Assembly: GCF_001194135.2 (NCBI RefSeq)
Contig: NC_068983.1
Location: 77,550,367 to 77,594,518, forward strand
Direction: 5' to 3'
DNA length: 44,152 nucleotides
Source of the DNA: Octopus bimaculoides
Lineage: Eukaryota
Below are positions 1 through 11,173 of the stretch, one piece after another. A model generated the notes under the pieces. It was not told where the DNA came from. It did not search any database and worked only from the letters and a program-made list of their open reading frames with translations. The position numbers and the translations under genes are program-made. Every line of letters begins with the position of its first letter. The first letter of the stretch is position 1.

Positions 1-627
1 TATATATATATATATATGTATATATACACGCAACAAGTATATAAATCAATAGTTACAACATCAATACACATGTGTATCGGTACGTCTAGTTAGAATAGAG
101 ACAGCTGATGAAGGATATTCCAAGTGGCTTTCCGTTCCTATGTGTTCTTTCCATTGTCTGTAGTTCATTGTTCTAACGTCCTGTACCCTGATATGCATAT
201 ATATACACATGTAGATGTAAGTATGTACATATATGTGTGTATACATGTATATATATTGTTTGTATTATATATATATATATATATATATGCTTCTTTACAA
301 CTTACTTCTTTATGTATATAGATTAAATTATATATAAAAATAAAGTAAAGACGAGATAAAAATGAAATAAAAACTGAAATAAATATAAAGATAAAAGAAT
401 TATAGAATCCATATATAATATATAATAAAAAAGTAAGGTAGAAATAAAGTAAAATGGAATAAAGTAAATAAAATAAAATGTACGGAAGTGAAATAAATTT
501 AAATAAGTCCATGTTCACGTGTGTATACGTTTGTGCTTGTATATATATGTGTTTAAATGCATGTATTAAACACGTCTGGATGTCTTTGTTTATGTATTAT
601 CGTTTGTGCGTGTGTTTATATATAGAA

Positions 628-697
<70 letters not shown>

Positions 698-709
698 GTG
701 TGTGTGTGT
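628..709. repeat. (TA)n-(TG)n compound microsatellite (representative; similar tracts near 4885-4960, 5176-5241, 9520-9577, 18357-18440, 32255-32306)
   Basis: Directly visible. Confidence 0.95.
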
Positions 710-1983
710 TTTCTTGCAATGTTACTATATTGGTTGTCAAGTATGCATTAATTTTAATGAAAGGTTAATTAATTATATATCATTTGAATTTAGATAGGAA
801 AGTATGTTTGATACTTTTGCGGACGTATACTTTTATATTTCTGTTTACACATGTGGATGCGTGTATATGTGTATATATTATCTGTTTATGTATTAGCATG
901 TATAAATATATGTGTGTGTGCGTGTGTGATCATGTGTGTGTGTGTGACATTTCGTTCGAAGGCCATTTCATTAGATATATATTATTGAAAGATTATTAAA
1001 GTAATTATATTAATGATTATATTTATTACTAGCTATTATATTATAGAATTGTATATTATGCATTTAGATATATGTTGGGATGGGGCACTTAATGTTCATA
1101 TTTGGGTTTATTCTATACATTTATGATTTTTTCGTGGAATTATTTGGTGTATTACAACATCAAAATTGATATCATTGATAGATTTATAGTATTTGTATCT
1201 GAATTAAAATATATAATGTTATGCGATTAATTAATAGAGATCAATACTCGATTTTATCATTACCATCACTAAACTGGTTTTGAAGTATTGTATGATATAA
1301 CATAACACAGTGTATGTTATTTATGATTATATTATGTCATACCCAACTTATGTTCGGTTTTTAAGTACAGTTATATTAAGTGTTTACTATTATTAAGAAA
1401 ATATCTAAATATTACATAATGTAATGTAATATATATTACTTTTATTTATGCTAATACCCATGCATCGTTAATATTCATTCTTGGATTAACAGTAGTTATA
1501 TTATCCGATAGATAGTAAAGGATCATATTCGATATTAACATTGAAATGAAATTGAAGCATTATATAATATAATACAATATAATATATGTTACTTATATTT
1601 GTTACTTCCAATTATTTAAATTTATAAAGTAAGCCATAGGTATTATACTATTTTTGTATTTTTAATTTTAGTTTTAATTTATTATTTGTTTAATAATTTT
1701 ATTTGATTTTCTAAATTTATATTTAGGTTAATCACGACAAAAAAAATGCATCTTCCCCAAGCCAATCAATTCACATTTAGATGTTATATGATTTAATTAT
1801 TACTCCTTATTTTATATCTTATTTATGCTAATAATTTCATTTCTAAAGACACATTACGAGTAGTAGTATCATGTCTGTACTAACTCTTTTCAGTTTAATA
1901 TTAATCCAATAATTAATTGAATTTTGTAAAGATATATTTCGAGTAGTGGCAACAAGCTAAAATATTTATTTTCGAGAATTCAA

Positions 1984-2960
1984 TCATTTAGGTCTATATT
2001 TTATTATTTGAAAATTTTCTTCGGTGCATAAACGGCATTTCCTATCCGAAATATGATAAGCAATGGCATGGCTTACAACTTCACATTTAATCATATAATC
2101 TTTTCCATTATCCCTTAACATGCATATAAATTGGCTGAGACTAGTATTATTAAATTTATGTCTATTTCTAAACCATCTTTCACGATTTGCGATTCTTCGT
2201 TCAAATCTAGTTTCGGTTGAAACTATGTAATGGTATTCCTTCACTTCAGATTTAATTATACACTTATATACACTTACATACAATTGTTTACAATTATTGT
2301 GAAGTTTACAATTTTCTGTAATCCTACAGGCATATTTCATATTAACGTTATTATTAATAGAATTATTTCTATTATTATTATTTCTTTTATTAGGGTAAGG
2401 AAGGGAATTAATATCGGTTATATGTTTTCCATTACTGTAATTTACCCGAACATCATTTTAATTTAACTTACGGTTGTTATAAAAAGCATCTAGTTTCTTA
2501 TTATTAATTGAGGATATAACTGCAAGAAGATTCTTTGACAGGGAATGCCCAACTCATATAGATTTAGAATTCATCATTTCACTATACTTATTATCTTTAT
2601 TTAAATGTTTCTGTATTGACCAGTAAATGGATTTGACTATGTTATTTTTAATTTGACTTGCAAACAGGATGATGAACCACAAATTATTTGTTTTATTAAG
2701 ACACTCATAATCTATATTACGATTTTCAGAATTTATGCATGGAGTATGTCTTCCTTTATTTTTTATATTATGTCTGTTATAAGAATGTTCAAGTATATTC
2801 TTATTAATGCTTTTAATTTCTGTGTCACTGGATTTTTATTTTCGTCTTTCTTATTGTCATATTGACATTCAGGTTTCATGAGTGTATAATTAGTTTTAGT
2901 ATTTATTTCTACACTCTTGCTTATTGCTTTTCCTGTTTTTATTACCTTGGCCAACAATCC
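1984..2960 (-). mobile_element. Decayed Penelope-like element fragment (RT C-terminal region plus GIY-YIG endonuclease)
   Basis: ORF 1984-2340 reads ACRITENCKLHNNC...VYKCIIK...YIVSTETRFERRIANRERWFR...TSLSQFICMLRD...KCRLCTEE, matching the PLE endonuclease pattern (CxC...C..L...C / Y.G.TE..FK.R..H..F / T.LS..IW.LK / C.LC..E). Upstream broken frames give LWFIILFASQIKNNI and VRVNYS, resembling the WFNPPFS.NVKTNI and VKVSYS segments. Stops and frameshifts present; left boundary uncertain. Confidence 0.8.
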
Positions 2961-3032
2961 TGGGGTTTCTTTTCCTATCTATATTTACCTCATTTATTAA
3001 ATATTCCGTATACTTCTAATTTTCTTCTGTAG

Positions 3033-3146
3033 ATTCCAAACATGGCGCAACATGCCAGGATTACTTCTGAAATTGTTTAATAGAATGCATACACTTCGTA
3101 TGCTTAAATTTGCATGCTCTGTTTCTTGCTCGTGTCTATTTTACAG
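3033..3146 (+). other. Candidate isolated exon, product unknown
   Basis: Acceptor tacttctaattttcttctgtAG, donor CAG|GTAAGT, 114 bp with one open frame (FQTWRNMPGLLLKLFNRMHTLRMLKFACSVSCSCLFY). No family recognised. Confidence 0.35.
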
Positions 3147-3837
3147 GTAAGTTCTGTCTTGTAGTACTATTACATTATGGTGCATTTGATATATTTAAAA
3201 CTTAAACTGATATATTGGCGTTAGAGCTAGTATCTGCTCTGCATTATAAATTAACACTCTATAGCTTCTAATCTCTTCTGCATTGTGTATATTACTAATG
3301 TACGTTATTTTCATGTTAAATTGCTTTGTCTCGCTACTGATTAATGAGAATGCTCATTTTACATCAGTCTACAGTCAACTACAAGAGCGGCTTCAAATAT
3401 AATAATTTGTTCTTGTTCTGTTAAGTCTCAGTTTGATTTACGTAACATGTGGTCTAATGTTTCTTTAAATCGACATCATTTTACGCTTTATTTTAAAATT
3501 CAGCGTCGTCGAAAATAATTGTGGAGATATGACTGTGGTGTTCACTAAATAACTCTTCTTACTATGACTGAAGGCGCTCTAGAATGATTACTGAAATAAG
3601 GTGACACTGCTGGAGTCCTTTGCTGGCAATAATATCTAGTTGAGACATTCATCATTTTAAAATTCGAGTTTATTCTAGGGTAGCCCGCTGTACTAACATT
3701 TGATATGCACGTGCTTTTGGATCATCAATTACAATTTGGTTTCTGAGATATGTTGATGTGCTCGAAATATGTTTCAGTATAAAAACGCATATCCGTATCA
3801 AAACTTAAGAGAACTTGCAAACAAAAATAAATAAATA

Positions 3838-3990
<153 letters not shown>

Positions 3991-4019
3991 AAAAGGGAAG
4001 TTAATTTTCTTATCCTAAT

Positions 4020-4600
4020 AATGCTAAGGAAACATTTCTTTCAAAATGTGTGTGCATTCTCCCCGAATGTTGCCTGTATTGTACCATGCGCTTTATGTTT
4101 TAAGCATCCACATAGAATTGTTTGAGGGCTGATAAAAGTGGTTGGTATTCTACAAACATGTTCGTCTAATGCACCTAGACGGCAAATCTTACCATGGTAC
4201 AGCCACTGGTAGTTTGGTAGTCTCCAACTTGTTGGAAATGAACTCCATAGCTTGAAAGCTCCCTGGAAAATGTCGCGTGAGCGTTTGTCAAGGCAATTTC
4301 AATTAAATCGTAACTCAGAATAGCGTCAAAAAATGAATTATTCCAAATAATCCTTTTCATGAAATGTCACACCCTAATGTAACGCTTATTAAATTAATAA
4401 AAATGCTTTTTATGTGTATTATACACATTCTCCTATTCCAGTATGTGCAACTGTACCAGTGTGTTGGACCATTCAGTTTAAATATAGCCTTATCGCTCCA
4501 ACGAAACTGTGTTATAAAGTTTAGAAAGTGTACGTCTTCTTCAGATCTTGCCACGTGCTCAGACATATTTGAAGAACATGTAGTCAGGAAAATAATAAAA
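4020..4600 (-). mobile_element. Decayed Tc1/mariner-superfamily transposase fragment (catalytic domain)
   Basis: Broken frames: WSDKAIFKLNGPTHWYSCTYW (cf. WSDEA.FKLNG.VNRHNC.YW), NLISVTLGCDIS (cf. NLPGVTVWCGIS), SFFDA, HFQQVG (cf. FQQDG), ILCGCLKHKAHGT (cf. FLWGYLK.KVY). No TIRs seen. Confidence 0.75.
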
Positions 4601-5816
4601 GAATAAAGACACATATCATTTAATAGAAATAGAGGTGGGGATGTTTATATACAAGCGCACACGCTTGTATACATTCAAGCAACATATGAGCCCACCAACA
4701 CACGCACGCAAACATATGTATAAAGATACATACATATCGACAGACATCTGTCATCCTGTCAATTGGCACATATGTTCATTTATTCACGGACAAACAGATA
4801 TACGCTCACCCATATGCACCCACATATGCTTACTTCTATATTTACACGATCACCGCCTTCCCCATGCGTACGGGTACACGCGTATATATATATATTTGTG
4901 TGTGTGTGTGTGTGTGTGCGTATGTGTGTGTACGTGTGTGTGTGTGTGCGTGCGTGCGTGTTTGTAATCATATATGTGTAAATATAATTATATACATGCA
5001 AATACGTATGTTTGTATATATACACACATACATAAATATATATGTAAGCATTTATGTATAAACGGAAAAATAACAAAAAATTTTGAATATGAACTAAATA
5101 TTCATACATGTAAGTATTTGAGTAAAACATACTTAAGAGTTTAATATATGTGGTATATATATTATATCTATATGCATACACACACACACACACACGCATA
5201 CACACACACACACACACACACATGTATATATATATATATATNNNNNNNNNNNNNNNNNNNNNNNNNNNNNNNNNNNNNNNNNNNNNNNNNNNNNNATATA
5301 AACATTACAATTGGTTTCAATAAACAGCGTTACTGTAAAATATTAGTGTTTGTTGTCACATGGTCAGTTTTATACACACACAAAAGGAGATAGAATCACA
5401 TAATACCGAAATGTTTACATGCAGGAAAGGAAGTTTTTATATAAAGAAGTTTTACTAAATAAATTTTAGAGCGTGTTATAACAATACATGACTTGCCTGG
5501 GTAGAAAAATCGCATATTTATTTATATATATTCATACTTATACCTATATGCATTTGTTAAAATTATTTATTGATGGGCACTGTTGTTTATATCCTCCCTG
5601 ATAAGATTAATGCATTGTTCTTCTCATTCACCCTCTCGGATTTATTTTAATGCATCTATCGAAACATACCGGTAATATGGTTATATAAATGATTTGAATA
5701 ACACCGTGGGCGCTTTCTCCATTTTTTCATTATTCTATACACACACACACACACATATAGGGTAAGAGAGTTGGTATGTGAAAGCATGTGGTTGGATGTA
5801 TAAAAATAAAATAAAA

Positions 5817-5955
5817 TGAAAAAACTACAGAAGACTTGTATTATATGGTTAAATAATATATGAAAATAATGTTAGAAAAATGTTATAAAATTTTGTGTGT
5901 AGTGACATTGTTTTTGGATAAATAACCGCTTTCGTAATTTCTTTTCAAATTTCTC
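5817..5955 (-). repeat. 3' pseudo-LTR copy of the PLE
   Basis: tgaaaaaactacagaagacttgtattatatggttaaa...agaaaaatgttata...aataaccgctttcgt...cttttcaaatttctc aligns by eye with 8753-8895. Confidence 0.85.
5917..5955 (-). ncRNA. Second copy of the hammerhead-like motif, slightly decayed
   Basis: Minus strand GAGAAAT-TTGAAAA-G aaatta C-GAAA-GCGGT-T-ATTTATC. Stem I pairs at 6 of 7 positions; stem III palindrome broken by one change. Confidence 0.55.
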
Positions 5956-8752
5956 AAATTTCTTAACCGGTATTATGTCATCTCTTGACTATGGTGTGAT
6001 GTAGGAGAGTTCTAAACAGGGGGAGGTAACCAGGGATTCTTTCGGTATAAGAGAGATAATCAAAAATGTTGGGAATCATTAGGTTTGTTAATTTAACATG
6101 ATTTGGTTTGATAGAATGAAATGTTAGAAGTGGTTTTGCTTTATATTTTTCAATGAGGTAAGTTTACTTATTTACAAAATGCTAGAAATTGTTAAGGTTT
6201 GGCTTATATTTTTCAATGAAGTAAATTTCCTTATTTATTCTAACTTGTGTTGGTGTTCCAATGCCACATTGATAAAATGGAAATATTTCAAATTGTGGTA
6301 GCACTTGCTTTCAGCGTCTTTCAATATGTTCATTAATGGGTATCATTCAAGGAATGCAATCTGCTGTCGATGCAGAGTGCATCTGTGTCTGGGCGATAAT
6401 CCTGTGGACCCTATGTAGTTTTGGTAGTAGCCCGAGCATATTATAACATAAATCAGGTTTTCTGAAGCACAAGTAAAATCAGATTTGGTTTTTAATTTCG
6501 GTCCCTCTTTAAAACGGAATTGTGATCCTTCTAGAAGGCTTGACATGTTGCGCAATTTGGTCGACTACATTTTTTTCACATTTGCATCTGTTATTTTAGA
6601 AAATAATTTTGTATTTCTGAGGATCTATTTTAGTGACTTCGGTCGTGTGTTGCTTTTAATGATCTTATGTGTTTGTAAAAATTCATTTAATTTGGGGTCC
6701 TTATGTAGCATTGTGTGATTTTGGGTGATGGTGGTAAAGGCGTCTTTGTTTCTGGGGTTGATTTGGATATGTACAGTAGTATTTTCGGGGAAGATGTGTT
6801 GCTGTGTTGAACTTTTCTTAAGGTTTTGATGTCGATTTGTGTTTTACGTCTGATTCCATCCTGTATTAGTTGAACTGCGTAGTGTCTGTTAATGAGGGTG
6901 TTTTTGAGTTCTTACATTCTAAAGTCTCTGGTATTTTTTCTGACACTTTGGTGAATATCCTTGTTTCAAGGCTGAAGGCGTTGTTTGTTTTGGTGTGTCT
7001 TGGGTGGCGTGAATTAAATAGTAGATATTGTTTGGGGTCTGTCGTTTTGTAAAAAATGTCCGTTTCTATTTTCAGGTATATTTTTAAAGATAATATATGA
7101 AAGAATGGGAGTTACGTTTGGTTGTATTCCATTGTGAACTGTATGTTTGTGTTGGTGCTATTCAATAATCTTTTGAATTCCAGGAGTTCGTCTGTTTTCA
7201 TTCAAGAGGATGAAATAGTGTTCAAGAATCTTTTCCAATTATTTTTTATGTATTGGGAAAGACGGTTTCCAAAGGTAGATAAAGATTCCTGGTATATTAT
7301 TACTTCTGATAGCCCTTTTGTTAGGTTCGTAATGACGGGGCCTGCCCTAGTGTCCATGGCGATTCCGATTTGTGTCGATAAAAAGTGTTACCAAATATGA
7401 AATGGTTGTTTCGTAGGATGAATTCAACCGATTCAATTATGAACTCTTTGCTGATCCTTTCTGGTATTTCTTCCGGAAATTGGTACAGCCAGAACTGAAT
7501 TGCCTCTAGCCCATATTTATGAGGTATACTAGTATATATGTTAATCATATCAAATGAAACCATGCTTGTTCCTTCCTTGACGTTTTTGACGAGGTGATTT
7601 AACATGTCCAAGTCATCTCTGATATAACTATTGATGAGTTTAAATTGACTTAGGCTATGTTTCACAGGCAGGATCAGCTATATTGGGTCGCATTTTTAGA
7701 TTCCCTGGGTTTGGTGCATGTATGTATGTACGTATGTATTTGATGAGTTTGTTATGGTTTCATTTATAATCTGGCTTTTGTGGATTTTTGGTAGACCGTA
7801 GGAAAGTCTAGGTTTGCATTTAAAGTTTGTTAAATAGTAAATTTCTTTTGTGGTCAGTTCTTTTCCATGGGATTTAATTAGTAAGGATATGGTCTTCATT
7901 ATTTTTTGTGATTTTTTTCTTAATGTTGACTTTCATTTAGTTTGGATATTACTAATTTTTTATAGTATAATGCGTCCATTACTACTACCGCACTTCCTTT
8001 ATCTGTCTCCTTAATCGTTATATCTTCATTATTTGGGAGTTCTGTTAGTTCCTTCCATTGTGTAGTGCAAAAGTTTGAGGTAATTGTCAGTTTATGCATA
8101 TAGTAGGGATATAGTAGGGAAAGCTCTCGATGTGGATGCAGAGTTCATCAAGATTTCTATTTCTTCCTTTGCGGGGGATGTATTCACTGTTGTTTTACTA
8201 GTGAGTCATGTTCAGTATTGTAATTGGTTAATGCTTCTGAGAGTCTTAATTTTCTACAGAATTCTATTATACTGTCCTTCACTTCATTTTGGTTGGCTCT
8301 GCGTGGTGTTGGGGTGAATTTTAGCCTTTTTGAGAGGATGTCTATCTTTCTGCGTGAAAGAGATTTAGTTGAGAGGTTAATACTCCTCTGTTTTTCCTAA
8401 TCATCAGGTTCCAACCTATGTCGTGGTGTCTCTGGTCTGAAACTAAAAAAATGTTGGTTGTTTCAGATTGTTAAGTGTGTGTGTGGGTGTCTATGTGTGT
8501 TTTGGTTAGAGATGTGTGTAACATTTCTGTATGTGGCATATTTTTGTTTGGAACAACTTGTATGCATGGTGTTTCTGGACCTAGTGTTATTTTGTGTTGT
8601 TCTTATGTTCAGTGAGAACCAGTAGTTTCGGGTAATGGGTTAGTAGTGCCCTGGTATGTGTTGTGCTTCTTATCCAGTGTTCTTTTGCGTTGTTATGGGG
8701 TGGTCATGCCTATGATATATATATATATATATATATATAAGATAAACAAGAG

Positions 8753-8895
8753 TGAAAAAACTACAGAAGGCTTGTGTTACATGGTTAAAGTATATATTTA
8801 ATATATGTCAGAAAAATGTTATAATATTTTTTTAGTATATAACCATTGTATTTGGAGAAATAACCGGTTTCGTGTGTTGTCTTTTCAAGCTTCTC
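8753..8895 (-). repeat. 5' pseudo-LTR copy of the PLE
   Basis: tgaaaaaactacagaaggcttgtgttacatggttaaa...agaaaaatgttata...aataaccggtttcgt...cttttcaagcttctc; direct repeat of 5817-5955. Confidence 0.85.
8855..8895 (-). ncRNA. Minimal type I hammerhead ribozyme-like motif, U3:A8 core variant
   Basis: Minus strand GAGAAGC-TTGAAAA-G acaacaca C-GAAA-CCGGT-T-ATTTCTC. Stem I GAGAA/TTCTC, 1-bp stem II, palindromic stem III ACCGGT. Confidence 0.65.
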
Positions 8896-9199
8896 TACTT
8901 CATGGCAACATATCTACGCTCAAGTAATTTATTGCATATAAATTTTAACAGAAAAAAAAAAATCTTATATGCACCCGCAAGGGTCATATGCCCCACCACC
9001 CCTGTCAGTTGAAAGCCACTGCTTTAAATAGTTATAGAGTATGTAGTAGCATAAAGTCTGTTTGTGTCTGACTCAAAAGGCTGGCTTTCAATGATTATCA
9101 GTTGCAATGGTATTTCTGTTGTATAATACAACAATACAATTACAACACATGCAATCTGTAAAATTCCTTATTTATATATTTTTCTTCTTAATTGATGGC

Positions 9200-9410
9200 G
9201 ATGTACTTGCATAGCAAGTGACCCGATCTGAGATCGTGTGCTAAAACAAAAACAATTGCAGCATCGAAGGTGCGCGCAAGCCATTCAAAAACACACAAAA
9301 ACCGCTAGACTCACCTCAACATCCAAATCCAACTTATCGAAATATTTTCATCGCTATGAAACTGCGACCTGTTCTGTGGTTTCATAGCAACGAAAATATT
9401 TCGACAAATC
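9200..9410. mobile_element. Unclassified interspersed repeat fragment ending in a 68-nt foldback
   Basis: Partial similarity, in opposite orientation, to segments at 19525-19730; inverted repeat 9337-9404. Confidence 0.4.
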
Positions 9411-9516
9411 ATATATACATATATATATATATATATACATACATACACACAGACATATACATATACACCATACATAGATGCATATAGATAACTACATACA
9501 TAAAAATTAACACGCA

Positions 9517-9570
<54 letters not shown>

Positions 9571-9692
9571 CATATATATTGTTGTATTTGGGGATTGTAA
9601 TTTTTTGGGCCAAATCAACACACGCACTAAAATGTTTTCTCCACTCGTTTATTACTCTTCTTATTCTAACTCCTGTCCATTATCTGGAACTC

Positions 9693-9720
9693 TTTCGTCA
9701 CACATCTGTGACCTCTTCAG
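9693..9720 (-). ncRNA. Hammerhead-like core with 6-bp stem II
   Basis: Minus strand CTGAAGA-G-GTCACA gatg TGTGAC-GAAA. Stems I and III could not be resolved. Confidence 0.45.
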
Positions 9721-10537
9721 TGGCACTTTCCGTATTCTTGTCTTTTCTTGCTCTATTTCTTTATACTGTTCTTCTATGATATGTATCGTTATATGTGCAT
9801 GTGTCTCCGTCCGTGTTTGTGTGTATGTTTGTGCCTGTGTATTTGTCTGTATGTCTGTGTGTCATTGTTTTTAGTAACACTATGACCTTCCCCTCAACCG
9901 CGTGCCCTTCACCGATGTCGCTGCAGCTATACAAGGACCTGCCATTTGGTACAGTTCCTGTATGTTTCTGTGCTTGTGTGTGTTCGCTCACGTTGCTGCC
10001 ACCGTTGTAGCTGTTGCAGTTGCTACTGTCATCTCATCGTTGTCACCGTTGCTGTTGTAATTTTTTAGTCGTATTGTTAATACTGTTGCAGCGGTCCGTG
10101 AAGTTATTGTTTGTGTGTTTATATGTGTATATAGATTCGTTTCTTATTTTGTTCGTATCCGTGTCCTTTATATCGATTTCTTTAGTTATTTATCTTTATC
10201 TACCTCTATTTCTTATATTTATCATAGGTATGTGTTAAATATATTCATTCATTTATTTTATTTTATCTGTCTATCTCTATTTCTATATGTATCATAGGTA
10301 CATGCATAAATGTCTATTATGTGTGTATTACCCTGTTTGGATCTGTGTATTATCATTTTTCTATTTTTCCACCTCTCGTCTCCCTTCTGTCTTTAGTTGT
10401 CATGTTGTGTGGTGTTGTAGTGGGTATTATTGTTCCATTCGTGTTTTCTATTGAGGCTCGGTCTATCTACTGTCTACTGCTATGTGTGTAGCCTCTGTGA
10501 TCCGTTTAAGTGTCGTGTCAGTCCTATGCGTCAATAA

Positions 10538-10604
10538 TACCTTAACCTCTATACCTTAACCTCTATAATACCTTAACCCCTATGCCTAACCCCTTAACCC
10601 CTAA
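10538..10604 (+). repeat. Short degenerate telomere-like (CCTAA/CCTTAA) tandem array
   Basis: TACCTTAACCTCTA x2, TACCTTAACCCCTA, TGCCTAACCCC TTAACCCCTAA. Confidence 0.7.
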
Positions 10605-11173
10605 TCGAGTCTCTATGTTCTGTTTGGGCATGCTGGTAGAGCACTGACGAGCCTTTCCCTTCTTTGATCCCTCACCAGTTTTCACCTATACGCTCATCTA
10701 CGCTGCGTGCAGTCTCTCCAGTGCATATGTAACTTTTAAAAGCCTGTATAACAAAGAATGGTTTTCCTCTCAAAGCTCAAAAAACAATGTTTCCAGTAAC
10801 TATGAAATATCTACAAATCACGTGTTAGACCCATTATGGATTACTGATGTCATGCCCGAGTTGATTCTCTTCATTCAAGTCCAAACATACACGACGGCAT
10901 CAAAAGAAAACAAATTAGTGTAACTCAATGTTTTTTAAAGACAGTCCTATTCCGCCTTGGAACAGATTATGTTCACCCTTTCGTACGTACTTCTGAAACA
11001 CTTATCTCGCTAAATTGGTCATATTACATGAATTGTAATGTTCCTTACTTCCAACCGCCTGTTATATTGGAATATTTTTACTGCAAGTTTGGTTTTGTTT
11101 TTGTTGCCGTCCACATGCAATTATTTTAGATATTTAGAAGAATATTAATTCTATCGATATTACTACTGGCGGA

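Larger units (their letters stand above)
5817..8895 (-). mobile_element. Near-full-length decayed Penelope-like retroelement (Neptune-like) bounded by direct repeats
   Basis: Minus-strand order: N-terminal INLSTKSLS...KFTPTP (~8.33-8.38 kb); YGLPKIHK (ORF 7696-7899); SFDMINIYTSIPH...FILRNNHFIF (ORF 7321-7665); WKRFL; TDIFYKTTD...YLLFNSRHP; CSRPNCATC linker (~6545-6570); GIY-YIG NLIYVIIC..YYQNYIGST (ORF 6343-6555); FIEKYKPNLN. Many stops and frameshifts. Confidence 0.92.

Noticed and set aside
105-135. CTGATGA hammerhead-like start
   Set aside because: No downstream GAAA or closing stem II.
949-974. Minus-strand CTAATGA...CGAAA
   Set aside because: G5 is missing and there is no convincing stem I, II or III.
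478-999. ORFs rich in CV/YI/HT dipeptides here and at 4635-5393, 9311-9627, 13446-13829, 18173-18556, 31973-32964
   Set aside because: They are translations of (TG)n, (TA)n and (CA)n microsatellites.
9008-9021. gttgaaagccactg, resembling a hAT terminal repeat
   Set aside because: No partner terminus or 8-bp target duplication found.
10644-10660. CTGACGAGCC with a possible upstream CTCTA/TAGAG stem
   Set aside because: No GAAA strand on either side.
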